From a virus, in the IMG/VR virus record IMGVR_UViG_3300036715_002535, positions 32,001 through 96,000 of that record: a stretch of 64,000 bases of DNA; one strand, given 5' to 3'. A model generated the notes under the pieces. It searched no databases, had not been told where the DNA came from, and saw nothing but the letters and a program-made list of their open reading frames with translations. Below are positions 1-9,852 of this stretch, one piece after another. Both the position numbers and the translations under genes were made by a program. Positions within the stretch are counted from its first letter, which is position 1; every line of letters begins with the position of its first letter.

Positions 1-207
1 CATCTCATCCAAGAAGGGAATCCGGACTTCAAACCAATCGACTGGGAATCTGAAGCGTTCGAACGGTTCCTCGAACCTGCCCTGGACGAAATCAATTCTC
101 CTCTTCAGCAGGCACTCCTCGAAGATCTACTCACGAAAATGACTGCAGCGCATCTGAAAGAGCTTCTTCGCGACCTCTAAAATAGAGCCTTCCAAATTCA
201 GAAACTG

Positions 208-238
208 CCCTTGACATTTAAATCGTCAGGGGTATATT
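208..238 (+). promoter_or_regulatory. Palindromic sigma70-like promoter (class I) copy
   Basis: CCCTTGAC-atttaaatc-GTCAGGGG-TATATT upstream of GGAGG RBS and ATG 257. Confidence 0.85.
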
Positions 239-256
239 TGTATCTGGAGGCCAACC

Positions 257-451
257 ATGACTCATACCAAGACCGTGACCGTGACAGTCCGAATTGAAGC
301 AGAAGATCTTCAGCAAGATATTACCCTCGATGTCCCCTTCCCAACCGCCTTCTCAGACCTGGAAATTCTGGTTCGCCAGAAGCTGGAGGCCACACTTCCG
401 AACTTCACCTTCGAAACCCCGGCTCAGATCGAGCTACTTTCCGTCTCATAA
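257..451 (+). CDS. hypothetical protein
   Basis: ORF with GGAGG RBS right after class I promoter. Confidence 0.7.
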   Translation: MTHTKTVTVTVRIEAEDLQQDITLDVPFPTAFSDLEILVRQKLEATLPNFTFETPAQIELLSVS

Positions 452-461
452 AGGAGATCCC

Positions 462-2072
462 ATGAAAAATCTGTTCCTCGCACTTTCCATCATCGCCCTC
501 ATCGCCTGCGGCGGAGGCGGTGGATCCACCCCTACCCCGACTCCCACGCCTACCCCGACCAAGGTTGGGGTGTTCCGCTTGCCCAAGGGAACCCCTTCGG
601 CTTCCGTGCAGGCCAAGGAAAACGCCTACGTCGCTGCGGCCTCGGGCAATACTTCCATCCAGATGACCTACCCTCGGAAGAACCACAAGTCGGCTCTGCT
701 CAAGCAGGGTCAGGTCCTTCTCCTGGGCGGCGAGTTCATCCTTCCTCCTGCTGGGTACGTGGGTGCCGGTCAGTACGAGGACAAGAGCTACGGAGACATC
801 TTCGACAGCAAGACCGAGCTGTTCCATCCTTCCGCGGCCACCTTCGCCCTGAAGTACGTGTACGATCACGATACCTCCTTCGCAATGATCCCCCTTCCGG
901 ATGGCCGGGTTGTCCTGGCGGGTGGTTCCAGCGTTCAGAATGGGGCCTACCAGAAAAATGGGTCCAACTCCATCGAGATCTACGATCCCTCGAGCGATAC
1001 TGCAACCGAGCTGACCAACGTGCTTCCGGATACAATCTGGAGTGTGGAGTCCGGCTACTACCTGAACGCTCACCAGGTGCTCCTGAATGGGTTGAAGAAG
1101 GCCAACTCGGATGAGTTCCTGACCTACTCCCTCCTGTTCGACCTCGACAGCCATAACGCAGTAACCAACGTCACCATGATCGACAATCCCTACACCTACG
1201 CGGATGGCATGAGCTTCCAGGATTCCAATGGGGATGTCTACTTCCTAGGCGGTCGGAAGTGGGATGCCTCAACCACCTACAGTGACATCGTGATGATCAG
1301 CGCTTCGGATGTCCATGCGGGTCGCGGCGCCTTCAATCGGGTCGGCAACCTCCTCACTCCCAAGTACGGCGCCGGCATTGTGGTCCTCAACAACAAGGAG
1401 GTAGGCATCTATGGTGGCTACCAGATTCAGTCTGGAACCGTCACGCGCTACGCTGAGGTTGAGGTCCTGAATACCAAGACCATGACTTCCACTTCCAAGA
1501 GTGCCCTCCTCTCCCAGGTGGGTTGGCTCACTTCCGTCCTGCTCCAGGGTGATGGCTATACCTTCCACGCTGGCGGTGTTGATGCTACCGGATTCACTGC
1601 CAACGCGGAATACGTCCACAATGCCGAGAAGAATATTTCTGGCTCGACTGGCACCATGGTGGAACCTCGCCGCTTCCATAACGTGGTCGCTCTGAACAAT
1701 GGTCAGGTGCTCATTACTGGTGGAGAAACCCAGCTGAACAACTCCAATGGGGTGGTCAGTCTGAAGAAGACCGCCGAGCTCTACGATCCCCAGTCCAAGC
1801 TCTACATCACCTTCCCCACCGACCAGATCCAGCAGAACACTACCACCCAGTTCCTTTGCGATGGTCAGCTGAACACCAATATCAACTGGTCAGTCGTTCG
1901 CGAGGATGGAGTCACCACTGGTAACGGTACGGGCACCATCGACACCAACGGCCTCTATACCGCTCCCTCGTCCGTGAGCCAGGACCGAGTGATTGTGGTG
2001 ACCGCCGCCCTCAAGGATGGTTCGTCTTCGGCTTCCATCCGCATCAAGCTGCTGGCCCCTGTCACCCTGTAA
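462..2072 (+). CDS. Lipoprotein with Kelch/galactose-oxidase-like repeats and C-terminal Ig-like domain
   Basis: Start at ATG 462 (AAGGAG RBS); signal peptide with lipobox LIAC-GGGGGS, PT linker, Kelch motifs (LPDGRVVLAGG, LNNGQVLITGG, AELYDP), C-terminal WSV..GTIDTNGLYTAP. Confidence 0.8.
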   Translation: MKNLFLALSIIALIACGGGGGSTPTPTPTPTPTKVGVFRLPKGTPSASVQAKENAYVAAASGNTSIQMTYPRKNHKSALLKQGQVLLLGGEFILPPAGYVGAGQYEDKSYGDIFDSKTELFHPSAATFALKYVYDHDTSFAMIPLPDGRVVLAGGSSVQNGAYQKNGSNSIEIYDPSSDTATELTNVLPDTIWSVESGYYLNAHQVLLNGLKKANSDEFLTYSLLFDLDSHNAVTNVTMIDNPYTYADGMSFQDSNGDVYFLGGRKWDASTTYSDIVMISASDVHAGRGAFNRVGNLLTPKYGAGIVVLNNKEVGIYGGYQIQSGTVTRYAEVEVLNTKTMTSTSKSALLSQVGWLTSVLLQGDGYTFHAGGVDATGFTANAEYVHNAEKNISGSTGTMVEPRRFHNVVALNNGQVLITGGETQLNNSNGVVSLKKTAELYDPQSKLYITFPTDQIQQNTTTQFLCDGQLNTNINWSVVREDGVTTGNGTGTIDTNGLYTAPSSVSQDRVIVVTAALKDGSSSASIRIKLLAPVTL

Positions 2073-2093
2073 GACCCAGTTCCACAAAATATG

Positions 2094-2124
2094 CCCTTGA
2101 CATTTAAACCGTCAAGGGCATATT
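2094..2124 (+). promoter_or_regulatory. Class I palindromic promoter copy (probably leaderless transcript)
   Basis: CCCTTGAC-atttaaacc-GTCAAGGG-CATATT; ATG 2130 follows after 5 nt with no RBS. Confidence 0.8.
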
Positions 2125-2129
2125 TAATT

Positions 2130-3530
2130 ATGGTGAAATTAGAGAACGTCCAACCAGTCCTTGAAGCCATCCGGAACGCGGGTGGCATTCCTATGATCGT
2201 TGGCGGATTCGTTCGCGACCACGTGCTTGGAATAGACTCCAAAGACATCGATATCGAGGTTTACAAAATGACCTCGGACCAGCTTGCCGCCGTTTTAAGC
2301 CGGCATGGGAAGTCGGAAACCGTTGGTGCCTCATATGGGGTCATGAAGCTTTGGATGGATGGGCAGGACTACGACTTCACCCTTCCTCGGCGCGACAACA
2401 AGTGTGGTAGGAACCACAAGGACTTCACGGTCGAGATCGATCCAAATATGACATTCGAGGAGGCAGCTTCTCGACGGGACTTTACCTTCAATTCAATCTC
2501 CATGTGCCCCTTTGCCATGCGGGTCGAAGATCCTTTCAATGGCCTGGAGGATTTGGAGAAGGGTCTCATCCGTCATACTTCCATGGCCTTCGTTGAGGAC
2601 CCTCTTCGGGTTCTTCGTGGCATGCAGTTTGCTGGTCGGTTCGATTTCGAGGTGACTTCTGAAACTTCGAAACTCTGCCAGTCCATGTTCGATACCTACG
2701 ACGCTCTTGCCAAGGAGCGGGTGTGGGTCGAATGGGAAAAGTGGGCGACCAAGTCCATCAAGCCTTCCGCTGGAATTCGCTTCCTTGATCAGACTGGCTG
2801 GTTGAAGCACTTCCCTCAGATCGAAGCGCTCAAGGGTATCCCGCAGGATCCCATCTGGCACCCTGAAGGCGATGTCTTTGTGCACACCATGCACGTTGTG
2901 GATGCTGCAGCTCAGATCGCAAAGGACTTCGTTCCGGAAGAGCGCCTCATCACAGTCATGGCGGCTCTCTGCCACGACTTTGGAAAGGTCACCAACACCG
3001 CCTACTTCGGCAAGTTCTCAACCCGCGCTGATGGCACCCAGTTTGAGGTCGAAGGACCTCGTTTCCGTAGTCATGGGCACGAAGCTGCCGGTGAGGATCC
3101 CACTAAGGTGTTCCTCGAAGGTATCGGCGCTCCTCAGCACCTCATCGCAAAGATCGTCCCCCTCGTTACCAACCATCTGGCTCACTGCACCTTCCAAGGT
3201 GAAGCGCCTACTCCTCGGTCTGTTCGCCGGTTGGCCGTTCGACTTCATCCGGCTACCATCGATCAGCTCATCCCTGTCATCCACGCGGATGCCGCTGGGC
3301 GTCCACCCCTTTCGCAGGAACTCCCTACTACGGCAGTCCAGCTCCAGGAGATGGCAAAGCATGTAAGGGTCGCAGATGGTCAGCCGAAGCCGATCGTGAT
3401 GGGACGAGATCTCATCAAGGCCGGTATCAGGCCTGGACCTGAAATGGGACAGATCCTCTCCAAGTTGTACGAGTTGCAGCTTGATGGTGCCTTCGATAAC
3501 GTAGAAGACGGACTGACCTACGTTAAATAA
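2130..3530 (+). CDS. cca: CCA-adding tRNA nucleotidyltransferase with HD domain
   Basis: VGGFVRD, DIDIEV, RRDFTFNSI, EDPLRVLRGMQF, ERVWVEWEK motifs; HPEGDVFVHT...CHDFGK HD domain; C-terminal GRDLI..G.RPGPEMG. Confidence 0.92.
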   Translation: MVKLENVQPVLEAIRNAGGIPMIVGGFVRDHVLGIDSKDIDIEVYKMTSDQLAAVLSRHGKSETVGASYGVMKLWMDGQDYDFTLPRRDNKCGRNHKDFTVEIDPNMTFEEAASRRDFTFNSISMCPFAMRVEDPFNGLEDLEKGLIRHTSMAFVEDPLRVLRGMQFAGRFDFEVTSETSKLCQSMFDTYDALAKERVWVEWEKWATKSIKPSAGIRFLDQTGWLKHFPQIEALKGIPQDPIWHPEGDVFVHTMHVVDAAAQIAKDFVPEERLITVMAALCHDFGKVTNTAYFGKFSTRADGTQFEVEGPRFRSHGHEAAGEDPTKVFLEGIGAPQHLIAKIVPLVTNHLAHCTFQGEAPTPRSVRRLAVRLHPATIDQLIPVIHADAAGRPPLSQELPTTAVQLQEMAKHVRVADGQPKPIVMGRDLIKAGIRPGPEMGQILSKLYELQLDGAFDNVEDGLTYVK

Positions 3531-3568
3531 TTTGAAGGTAACGTAGAATATGAAAGGGAGGTCCTCGA

Positions 3569-3901
3569 ATGGTAAGAACTGCTGAAGACTTCAAAAAAGC
3601 TTACAACAGATTTAAAGCTCTAAGGGACCAGAACGGATTCGAGTCCTGGTGGTCCATGTACGAAATTCCGGATATGAATTCTGTTGCATTTCCGGGAAAG
3701 TACAAAGTAGCCTACGTGGATCACTGGGGAGGAAGCCCTCCGGATTCTATCTTGGTTGAAAATCCAACTTGGATGGATCTCTGGAAGGCAGCGGATACGC
3801 TAATCAAAAAATCTGGAGATGCCCACCACATCTTCATAGAAGATTTTCGGCCCGAGGTGAAAGACAATGGTAACTTCCTCTTTCTAGTGACGGGGAGCTG
3901 A
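3569..3901 (+). CDS. hypothetical phage protein
   Basis: ORF with GGAGG RBS. Confidence 0.7.
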   Translation: MVRTAEDFKKAYNRFKALRDQNGFESWWSMYEIPDMNSVAFPGKYKVAYVDHWGGSPPDSILVENPTWMDLWKAADTLIKKSGDAHHIFIEDFRPEVKDNGNFLFLVTGS

Positions 3902-3902
3902 G

Positions 3903-4103
3903 GTGAAATTCAAAGTTGTAGGAACTCGGAAGGTTGGAACTTGGGTAGTTCACCATGGCCCCATGAACATCGACAAGTTCAAGTCTGCAATGGATTCTAT
4001 CTTCGAAGAGTTCAAGAAGGAACACGAAGACAAGGAACTCTCATTCGATGACTGGATGCTCCGGTTTGAGAAGTGGCTCCGCAAGGAGGGACTTCTCCAG
4101 TGA
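3903..4103 (+). CDS. hypothetical protein (N-terminus KFKVVG, weak match to KLRIxA)
   Basis: Coupled ORF in operon. Confidence 0.6.
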   Translation: MKFKVVGTRKVGTWVVHHGPMNIDKFKSAMDSIFEEFKKEHEDKELSFDDWMLRFEKWLRKEGLLQ

Positions 4104-4489
4104 AGCTTCGAATCGTCGCCAACCTCAAAAAGTCCACAGCGGAAATCCAATACGACTATATTGGTGGACCAAATGATGGCGACTGGATCTTCGATGTGGT
4201 TGATTCCCATCTCGAGGGTGGTTACGAAGTACCTGCCAGATTGCACGGTCACCCGGATTCCTGGGCACCTGCAGAAGGTAAAAATCCAACGGTTGATGCA
4301 ACTCTTCACCTTTGGGTGTGGCCTGAAGAGAAGCAGAACGTAGAGCCGGACCCCAACCGTCCAGATTACGTGATTGAAATCAAAGACGATCGAATCGTTC
4401 CAGATCGCGGTAAATATTACCCTAAAGGTGTGGAAGACTTTATCTACGAAACGATCATTCCAGGAATCATTCAAAAGGGTCTTCGATGA
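4100..4489 (+). CDS. hypothetical protein, KLRIxA N-terminal family
   Basis: GTG 4100 after AAGGAGG; begins MKLRIVANLKKS. Confidence 0.7.
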   Translation: MKLRIVANLKKSTAEIQYDYIGGPNDGDWIFDVVDSHLEGGYEVPARLHGHPDSWAPAEGKNPTVDATLHLWVWPEEKQNVEPDPNRPDYVIEIKDDRIVPDRGKYYPKGVEDFIYETIIPGIIQKGLR

Positions 4490-4836
4490 AACTCCACATC
4501 AAAGCCAAGTACGTAGCCAAGTCCCCTCGCAAGCCCAAGTGGGACCCTTCGATCAAGCACAAGAAGGAAACCAAGGTCATCCTACCTGACATCCAGATCA
4601 AGGGGATCTACCAGGACCTCGTGGCCGATGTGGTGCTGGATCCAACCTCCGGCGGTTACGATGCCGTGGTGGAGATCATGGGCACCAAGGTCAAGGGCTG
4701 GGGACTGAAGATCAAAGACGCGCAGAAGGCTCTGATCGAGAACGTTGAAGAGCTTTCGAAAGAGCTGGGTTGGGACAAGGCTCCCACGACTGCTGGAATG
4801 AAGGGCATCACCATCATCTTCCGCTACCACGAGTGA
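4486..4836 (+). CDS. hypothetical protein, KLRIxA N-terminal family
   Basis: ATGA overlap; begins MKLHIKAKY. Confidence 0.7.
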   Translation: MKLHIKAKYVAKSPRKPKWDPSIKHKKETKVILPDIQIKGIYQDLVADVVLDPTSGGYDAVVEIMGTKVKGWGLKIKDAQKALIENVEELSKELGWDKAPTTAGMKGITIIFRYHE

Positions 4837-5144
4837 TCCGCTGGTTCTGGCTTCTACTTGCAACGGCTCTTGAGGTCTTCGCAGATTATCTTTTGAAGCG
4901 TTGGTCTCTGGGAGCTGGAACCAAGTTTGCGATCTCTGGTTTCCTAATCTACGGAATCGGCGGTATCGGTTGGGGTTACTTGCTGCGGCATGAAACTCTT
5001 CAACGTGCCATTGTTCTGTTCGTTGCTGTAAACGTATTCGCGGTCATTGTAATGGGCCACTACGTCTTTGGCGAACGTATGTCGATCAAGGAGCTTGCTG
5101 CCGCCATTCTGGTAGTCCTAGCGGTAGCTTTGACAGAATATTAA
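4833..5144 (+). CDS. SMR/DMT family small membrane transporter
   Basis: GTG overlapping upstream stop; ~103 aa, four hydrophobic helices, membrane Glu in LLLATALEV at position 14 as in EmrE, FGE motif. Confidence 0.75.
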   Translation: MIRWFWLLLATALEVFADYLLKRWSLGAGTKFAISGFLIYGIGGIGWGYLLRHETLQRAIVLFVAVNVFAVIVMGHYVFGERMSIKELAAAILVVLAVALTEY

Positions 5145-5157
5145 TTCTTCGGAATTG

Positions 5158-5188
5158 CCCTTGACATTTTTATTGTCAAGGGTATATT
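5158..5188 (+). promoter_or_regulatory. Class I palindromic promoter copy
   Basis: CCCTTGAC-atttttatt-GTCAAGGG-TATATT. Confidence 0.9.
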
Positions 5189-5205
5189 TTTATCTGGAGG
5201 GTTTA

Positions 5206-5436
5206 ATGTTCCGAAACGTTCCCAGGAAGCAAGGACAGAAGACGCCCAAGCCGAATCGGGATCCTCTCCGCGCCATCGTTGGTCGGGAGATGAGGGAACT
5301 GAGCCCTGGTGGAACGAGCGTACCCCATGAGATCCTTGAGTGTGGGCATGCTCAGCTCCCTGTCGAGGACTTCATTGGTAAGACCAATGCCGTGCGGCGC
5401 CGTTGCTGGCAGTGTGGGAGAAACGATGGGAAGTAG
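5206..5436 (+). CDS. hypothetical zinc-binding protein
   Basis: ATG 5206 after GGAGG; LECGH...CWQC. Confidence 0.65.
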   Translation: MFRNVPRKQGQKTPKPNRDPLRAIVGREMRELSPGGTSVPHEILECGHAQLPVEDFIGKTNAVRRRCWQCGRNDGK

Positions 5437-5672
5437 GGTCATCGAACTCTCCGAAAAAGATAAGATCCGCATCTGCCGGGACCATCTCAGCAAGCTTGCA
5501 ATGATTCACCTGCGCCGTATGGAGAAGCAGTGCGGAATTGCTGACGATGAATTGCTTTCCAAGAAGTGCTATTTCTTTTACAAGGTCTCGGATCTGATCG
5601 AAACCAATTCGGAGCTTCGTAAGAGGGTTTTCAAGAAAGCCTTGGCGAAGCGCCTTTCCGATTCCTGTTACA

Positions 5673-6326
5673 TTGACTACTGAGGTCACCGTGAAACTTC
5701 TCGGCAACGGAATCTTCTCCTGGGGAGCGGAGGAGCGGAGGAGTAACCGCTATGGGTCATTCAACCTCTGTAGTGAGTCCTACAAGGGAGAGACCCCTGG
5801 CAAGGCGCCAGAGTTCACCTCGGATCTCCACCGCCTCGTCCACAAGCGGGTGAAGCTGATGGTTCGGGTCACCGAAACTCGGCAGAGCGGTCACGTTGGG
5901 GACCTGGCCCTGAGGATCAAGCCCACGACTCCTGAGGTCGGCCAAGAGTTCATCCTGGGCGTGGGCATTCTTCAGCTCGAGCCTTGCTCCTGGGATTCCC
6001 TTTCCAGTATCGCCCTGATTCCCAAGGACCGACGATCTGATCTGTGGATCGATCCCAGGATCCTCTACCAGATCCATGATCAAACTGTCGAGCTCTACGG
6101 GGAAGAGACCGAAGAGGATTTCCACGAAGCTCCTGGGATCGAATTTGAAGAGGGTGCTATCTCTCTTGGCGAGATCGGAATTCAGGCCAAGAAGATCTGT
6201 GCCATTTCAATTCCACCCAAGATCAAGGAAATGGGTCGGGGTATGCTTGCCGTCACCTATGAAGCACCTGCCGAAGGAACCAAGATGAGGAAGGCTTCAG
6301 ATGGCCGAATCACTTGGGAACCTTAG
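5673..6326 (+). CDS. hypothetical phage protein
   Basis: 217-aa ORF in operon. Confidence 0.65.
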   Translation: MTTEVTVKLLGNGIFSWGAEERRSNRYGSFNLCSESYKGETPGKAPEFTSDLHRLVHKRVKLMVRVTETRQSGHVGDLALRIKPTTPEVGQEFILGVGILQLEPCSWDSLSSIALIPKDRRSDLWIDPRILYQIHDQTVELYGEETEEDFHEAPGIEFEEGAISLGEIGIQAKKICAISIPPKIKEMGRGMLAVTYEAPAEGTKMRKASDGRITWEP

Positions 6327-6842
6327 TAAATTCTTCAACACCCGGTTATCTAAAGTGCCAGAAACTGGCAATTCTACTTACGAGGTCACAGTGAGACTTC
6401 TTTGCGTTCTACAAGGTCATCGGTTTGAGACCCTCCGAGAAGAATGGATCAAGCCAGAAGATCCCAAGGGATTTACCTCCCTCCTTCGGTTCGATGAGTG
6501 CCGCCATTGCCACGATGTGCGAGCGACCATCACCCACCCCGAAGATCACAAGTCACGCTGGAGCATCGCCAACCGCGTGGATCATCGCACCATGACCGAC
6601 GACGAGAAGGGAATGGCACCAGCATGACACGAGCAGAGAAGGTCGCGGAGCTCCTGGGTTTGGAGCACGGATTCCACTACTCCCACATCATTGGAGATGT
6701 CATCTGTGGTGTGAAGACTGATGGTGAACCCTTAGTCAAGGATCCCAAGATCTACGACTGGCTTGGAAAGAACAAGCTGAAGCTCCAGATTACCTGCCCA
6801 CGTATCGGCTTCGAGAACATTACGGTCGAAGACGATAAATAG

Positions 6843-6873
6843 CCCTTGACATTTTAATCGTCAAGGGTATATT
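6843..6873 (+). promoter_or_regulatory. Class I palindromic promoter copy
   Basis: CCCTTGAC-attttaatc-GTCAAGGG-TATATT. Confidence 0.9.
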
Positions 6874-6892
6874 AGTGGGAAGGAGGTAATCC

Positions 6893-7045
6893 ATGCGTTT
6901 CCTTTTCACTCTCTTGCTGATGGCAGCTTGCACAGTCGCCGGTTACCAGTACGGAGTCAATCCCAAGTTCAATCAGAAGGTTCGCGAGAACGCTTACAAG
7001 GCCAAGGTCGCAACCAAGGCCAGCATCGACAAGATCTTCTCATGA
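6893..7045 (+). CDS. Small membrane/lipoprotein-like protein (50 aa, not in ORF track)
   Basis: AAGGAGG RBS; MRFLFTLLLMAACTVAGYQYG...IDKIFS; stop overlaps next ATG. Confidence 0.7.
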   Translation: MRFLFTLLLMAACTVAGYQYGVNPKFNQKVRENAYKAKVATKASIDKIFS

Positions 7046-7284
7046 CCGCAAAAGAAGAATTCGCAAAGAAGTTCGGGATCACCCACCCATTCGTGCTGTC
7101 TCAGAAGAGCCGGTGCGATGAATGCAGTTTCTGGCGGGAGAACTACGAACCTGGCACTCAGTGCGCCGAAGGGCACCAACCCCGCTTCTACAAGCGTGGG
7201 ATGCTCAAGCCCGGTTGCATGAGGGTCTGCGAAGACTTCGATCCGATTAATCCGCCTGAAGGCGCCATCGTACATCCCATCTGA
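7042..7284 (+). CDS. hypothetical Cys-containing protein
   Basis: ATGA overlap start MTAKEEF. Confidence 0.6.
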   Translation: MTAKEEFAKKFGITHPFVLSQKSRCDECSFWRENYEPGTQCAEGHQPRFYKRGMLKPGCMRVCEDFDPINPPEGAIVHPI

Positions 7285-7291
7285 GGTTCCC

Positions 7292-7609
7292 ATGCGTCTT
7301 GCAAGTCCTTCCACCAAGTGGTTCCGCAAGTGGACAAAGAAGCATCTTTCCTGTGGTGGTGGGTTCCGCTCACGGCAGGAGAGACAGGATCTCATGTTCC
7401 GCGCTGCCGAACTCTATCGTTTGGGTTCGACTCCTGAGGCTGCAGGCAACGCGACTGCCAAAGAGCAGTTGCTAAGAGTGGCCTACGATGTCGCACAGCT
7501 TCGTGGAAGTCTCTACTTCGGCAAGAAGAACTGGTCGATGGCGAAGTGGAATGAGATCCCCTATCGTGGGGACATGATTCAGTCACAACTCCCGGGGTTG
7601 GAATGCTGA
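7292..7609 (+). CDS. hypothetical protein
   Basis: GAGG RBS, operon context. Confidence 0.6.
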   Translation: MRLASPSTKWFRKWTKKHLSCGGGFRSRQERQDLMFRAAELYRLGSTPEAAGNATAKEQLLRVAYDVAQLRGSLYFGKKNWSMAKWNEIPYRGDMIQSQLPGLEC

Positions 7610-8064
7610 AGAACGTAACATCTATCAATCCAGAAACCATGAACTTGCTGAATAAGCAAGTCCTGATCACAACGAATCGCAACTCGAAGTACATCGGGAA
7701 GTTGGTTCGCTTGGGGAAAGAGAAGTTCGTCCTCATGAAGGTCACTGGTCTTTCTAAGGCCGGCACCTACAAGTTCATGGAAAGCAATAACCGATCTGGG
7801 AAACGGGAATTCAACTATTCCAGCACCATCGGAATGGTAGATGCCACGAACTACAAGGAACCTGAGTACGAAATCTTAGGCCGTCCAGTCGATCGTGCCG
7901 ACGCCTGCAAGATTCTTCGAGTGCGAGATCCGGAATTGATCGTCTTCCGTCACCTTCTGGAATGCGATTCCCCTGAGCAGTTCTTCGAAGATAACAAAAA
8001 TCTGGAACCGCAAATCTGGTTCGATACCCTGCGGTTCGTATTCATTCCAGTCAAGAGGTCGTAA
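7603..8064 (+). CDS. hypothetical protein
   Basis: Coupled ORF. Confidence 0.6.
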   Translation: MLKNVTSINPETMNLLNKQVLITTNRNSKYIGKLVRLGKEKFVLMKVTGLSKAGTYKFMESNNRSGKREFNYSSTIGMVDATNYKEPEYEILGRPVDRADACKILRVRDPELIVFRHLLECDSPEQFFEDNKNLEPQIWFDTLRFVFIPVKRS

Positions 8065-8756
8065 TGCCCCTTCAGAAATTTTTCAATCTGGGTCTCCCCA
8101 AGTGGCCGTGCCTGGTCGTCGTGGGTTCGAAAGTCACCAAGGAACAGGCACAAGAGATCCTCGTTCGTACCGACAGCTGGCGCTTCATGTCAAACGACAA
8201 GGCGCTGGAGAAAGACCTTCATACTCTCGCAGGTCTTTCAGAGCCCTGGGAACCGGAACGGACACTCGCAGAGAGTCAAGCTGCCTGGGAAAAGGACGAA
8301 GAGGTCAAGAAGGTCCATGGAGTCCTGGAGCTCGAGTACCTGACCAACTCCCAGATCGTTTCCTGCTACGTGGGTGGTCCGCATGGCTGGTGCAACTGGG
8401 AAGGTGACATCTTCTGCAACAACTTCAACATTGGCAAGTGGCCTTCTACCGAAGAGGTCTACAACGAATGGTGCCTCATCGCCAAGACCTTCCCTTACCT
8501 GGATCTGCGTTGCCAGCTCATGAATGCGGAGTCCTGCGAAGAGGATCTTCGGCCGGTGATCGAGTACGTGGTGAAAGATGGCAAGGTCGAGATGCTGATT
8601 CCGACCAAGACAATCACAATTCCGGTTTCTCCAAACTTCGAAGAGCAGGCAATGAAGATTGCCTACATGTCCTCCAGAACGAGGGAGTTCGGTTGCACGA
8701 TGAGCGACTTCGCAACTGCCCTGGCTTTGACCCGTTTAAAGGTTTCGGAAGCCTAG
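8064..8756 (+). CDS. hypothetical phage protein
   Basis: 230-aa ORF, TAATG coupling. Confidence 0.7.
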   Translation: MPLQKFFNLGLPKWPCLVVVGSKVTKEQAQEILVRTDSWRFMSNDKALEKDLHTLAGLSEPWEPERTLAESQAAWEKDEEVKKVHGVLELEYLTNSQIVSCYVGGPHGWCNWEGDIFCNNFNIGKWPSTEEVYNEWCLIAKTFPYLDLRCQLMNAESCEEDLRPVIEYVVKDGKVEMLIPTKTITIPVSPNFEEQAMKIAYMSSRTREFGCTMSDFATALALTRLKVSEA

Positions 8757-9157
8757 GGTCTACCATGGTATGTTTCGCACTCAAAGCGGTCCCTACCGGC
8801 GAAAAACGTGGAGTATGGGCATGATTAGCGAACCCTTCTATGAAGCACTGAAGGTCGCCGCTGGTCCGGTCTCTACTCCACTTTTTTACGTGGATGGGAA
8901 TCCCCGAGCTATTTCCGAAACGATCCGGTAAGGTCGAAGCTCTTTTGAGCGTAGTTCGAGAGAAAAATTGGTCCACCCAGACCGCCCTTCATGGTGAGAG
9001 ATACTTCTTTCGACTGGAAAACGAAAGCCACCGCTTCACCGTTGTGATTGTTCAAGAAGATTTCGATCGAGCTCAGTACGATATCCTGGCCGAGGTTCTT
9101 TATCGTCTCTTACTCTCCTTGGACAATCTTCCGTTATAATTGATCAAAGGTGATCCC

Positions 9158-9484
9158 ATGAAGCTGATTGTCAAAGCGAACCTGAAGAAGTCCGAAGTGG
9201 CTTGCGACATCAACATCAAGAGAGGGGACAAGGTCAAGTCCTACGATTTCCCTGAAAATCTTGAGTTGGATCCAGAACGTGCTGAGCGAAACTACGTGGT
9301 AGGCACCGTCACAGACATCGTAGAGAAACATGATTGCCAGCACTACAAGATTCTGGTCGAATACCGCGTAGTCAGTGGGGAGAAGGAAGAGACCCCTACT
9401 GGTCAGCTTCTCTTCGTTTACCCACCGGTCAATGGAACACCGACTTGGACCGATAAGACAACTTGCGGAGTTGTGAAAGTCTAA
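9158..9484 (+). CDS. hypothetical protein, KLRIxA N-terminal family
   Basis: CGTTATAAT at 9132-9140, AAAGG RBS; begins MKLIVKANLKKS. Confidence 0.7.
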   Translation: MKLIVKANLKKSEVACDINIKRGDKVKSYDFPENLELDPERAERNYVVGTVTDIVEKHDCQHYKILVEYRVVSGEKEETPTGQLLFVYPPVNGTPTWTDKTTCGVVKV

Positions 9485-9852
9485 AGACCATCTCCAAAGT
9501 TCGTGGAGGAGGTCTTACTGATTGCTATGAGCATGTAATTCTTGCAATGGCTCAAGCCTACGAACTCGTTCTTGGGTGGATAGTACTCCAGAAGCTGTTG
9601 AGCTTTGCTCGGTACTCGATGTACTGGGACATGGCACGGATTCGATCATCCGTTGACATCTCATTGAGCATTTTGTTCAGCTCACGATCCGCTGGATCCA
9701 TGTTCCCACCTTCGGGAGGTATTGAGGTAGCAGAATGTATCCGGAGTAAAGTCCGAGGATTCCTAGAACTCCACTAAAAGTAACCGGAGACACAGCTTCA
9801 AATCCTAGCCGACGAACAATGAATCCAAGGAGCACGCAAACTAGAAAGATTT

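Noticed and set aside
208-238. Class I palindrome as an FNR/CRP box
   Set aside because: FNR is TTGAT-N4-ATCAA; half-sites here are 9-10 nt apart
294-461. N-terminal extensions in the ORF track (294, 2091, 5155, 25931, 58229, 59550 and others)
   Set aside because: They run through upstream genes or promoters; better starts with RBS or leaderless geometry lie downstream
405-3366. Long antisense or alternate-frame ORFs over the lipoprotein and cca genes (and similar elsewhere)
   Set aside because: Shadow ORFs from biased codon use; no motifs or RBS
7420-7445. tRNA T-loop-like GGTTCGACTCC
   Set aside because: Inside a coding frame; no acceptor stem or D-arm found
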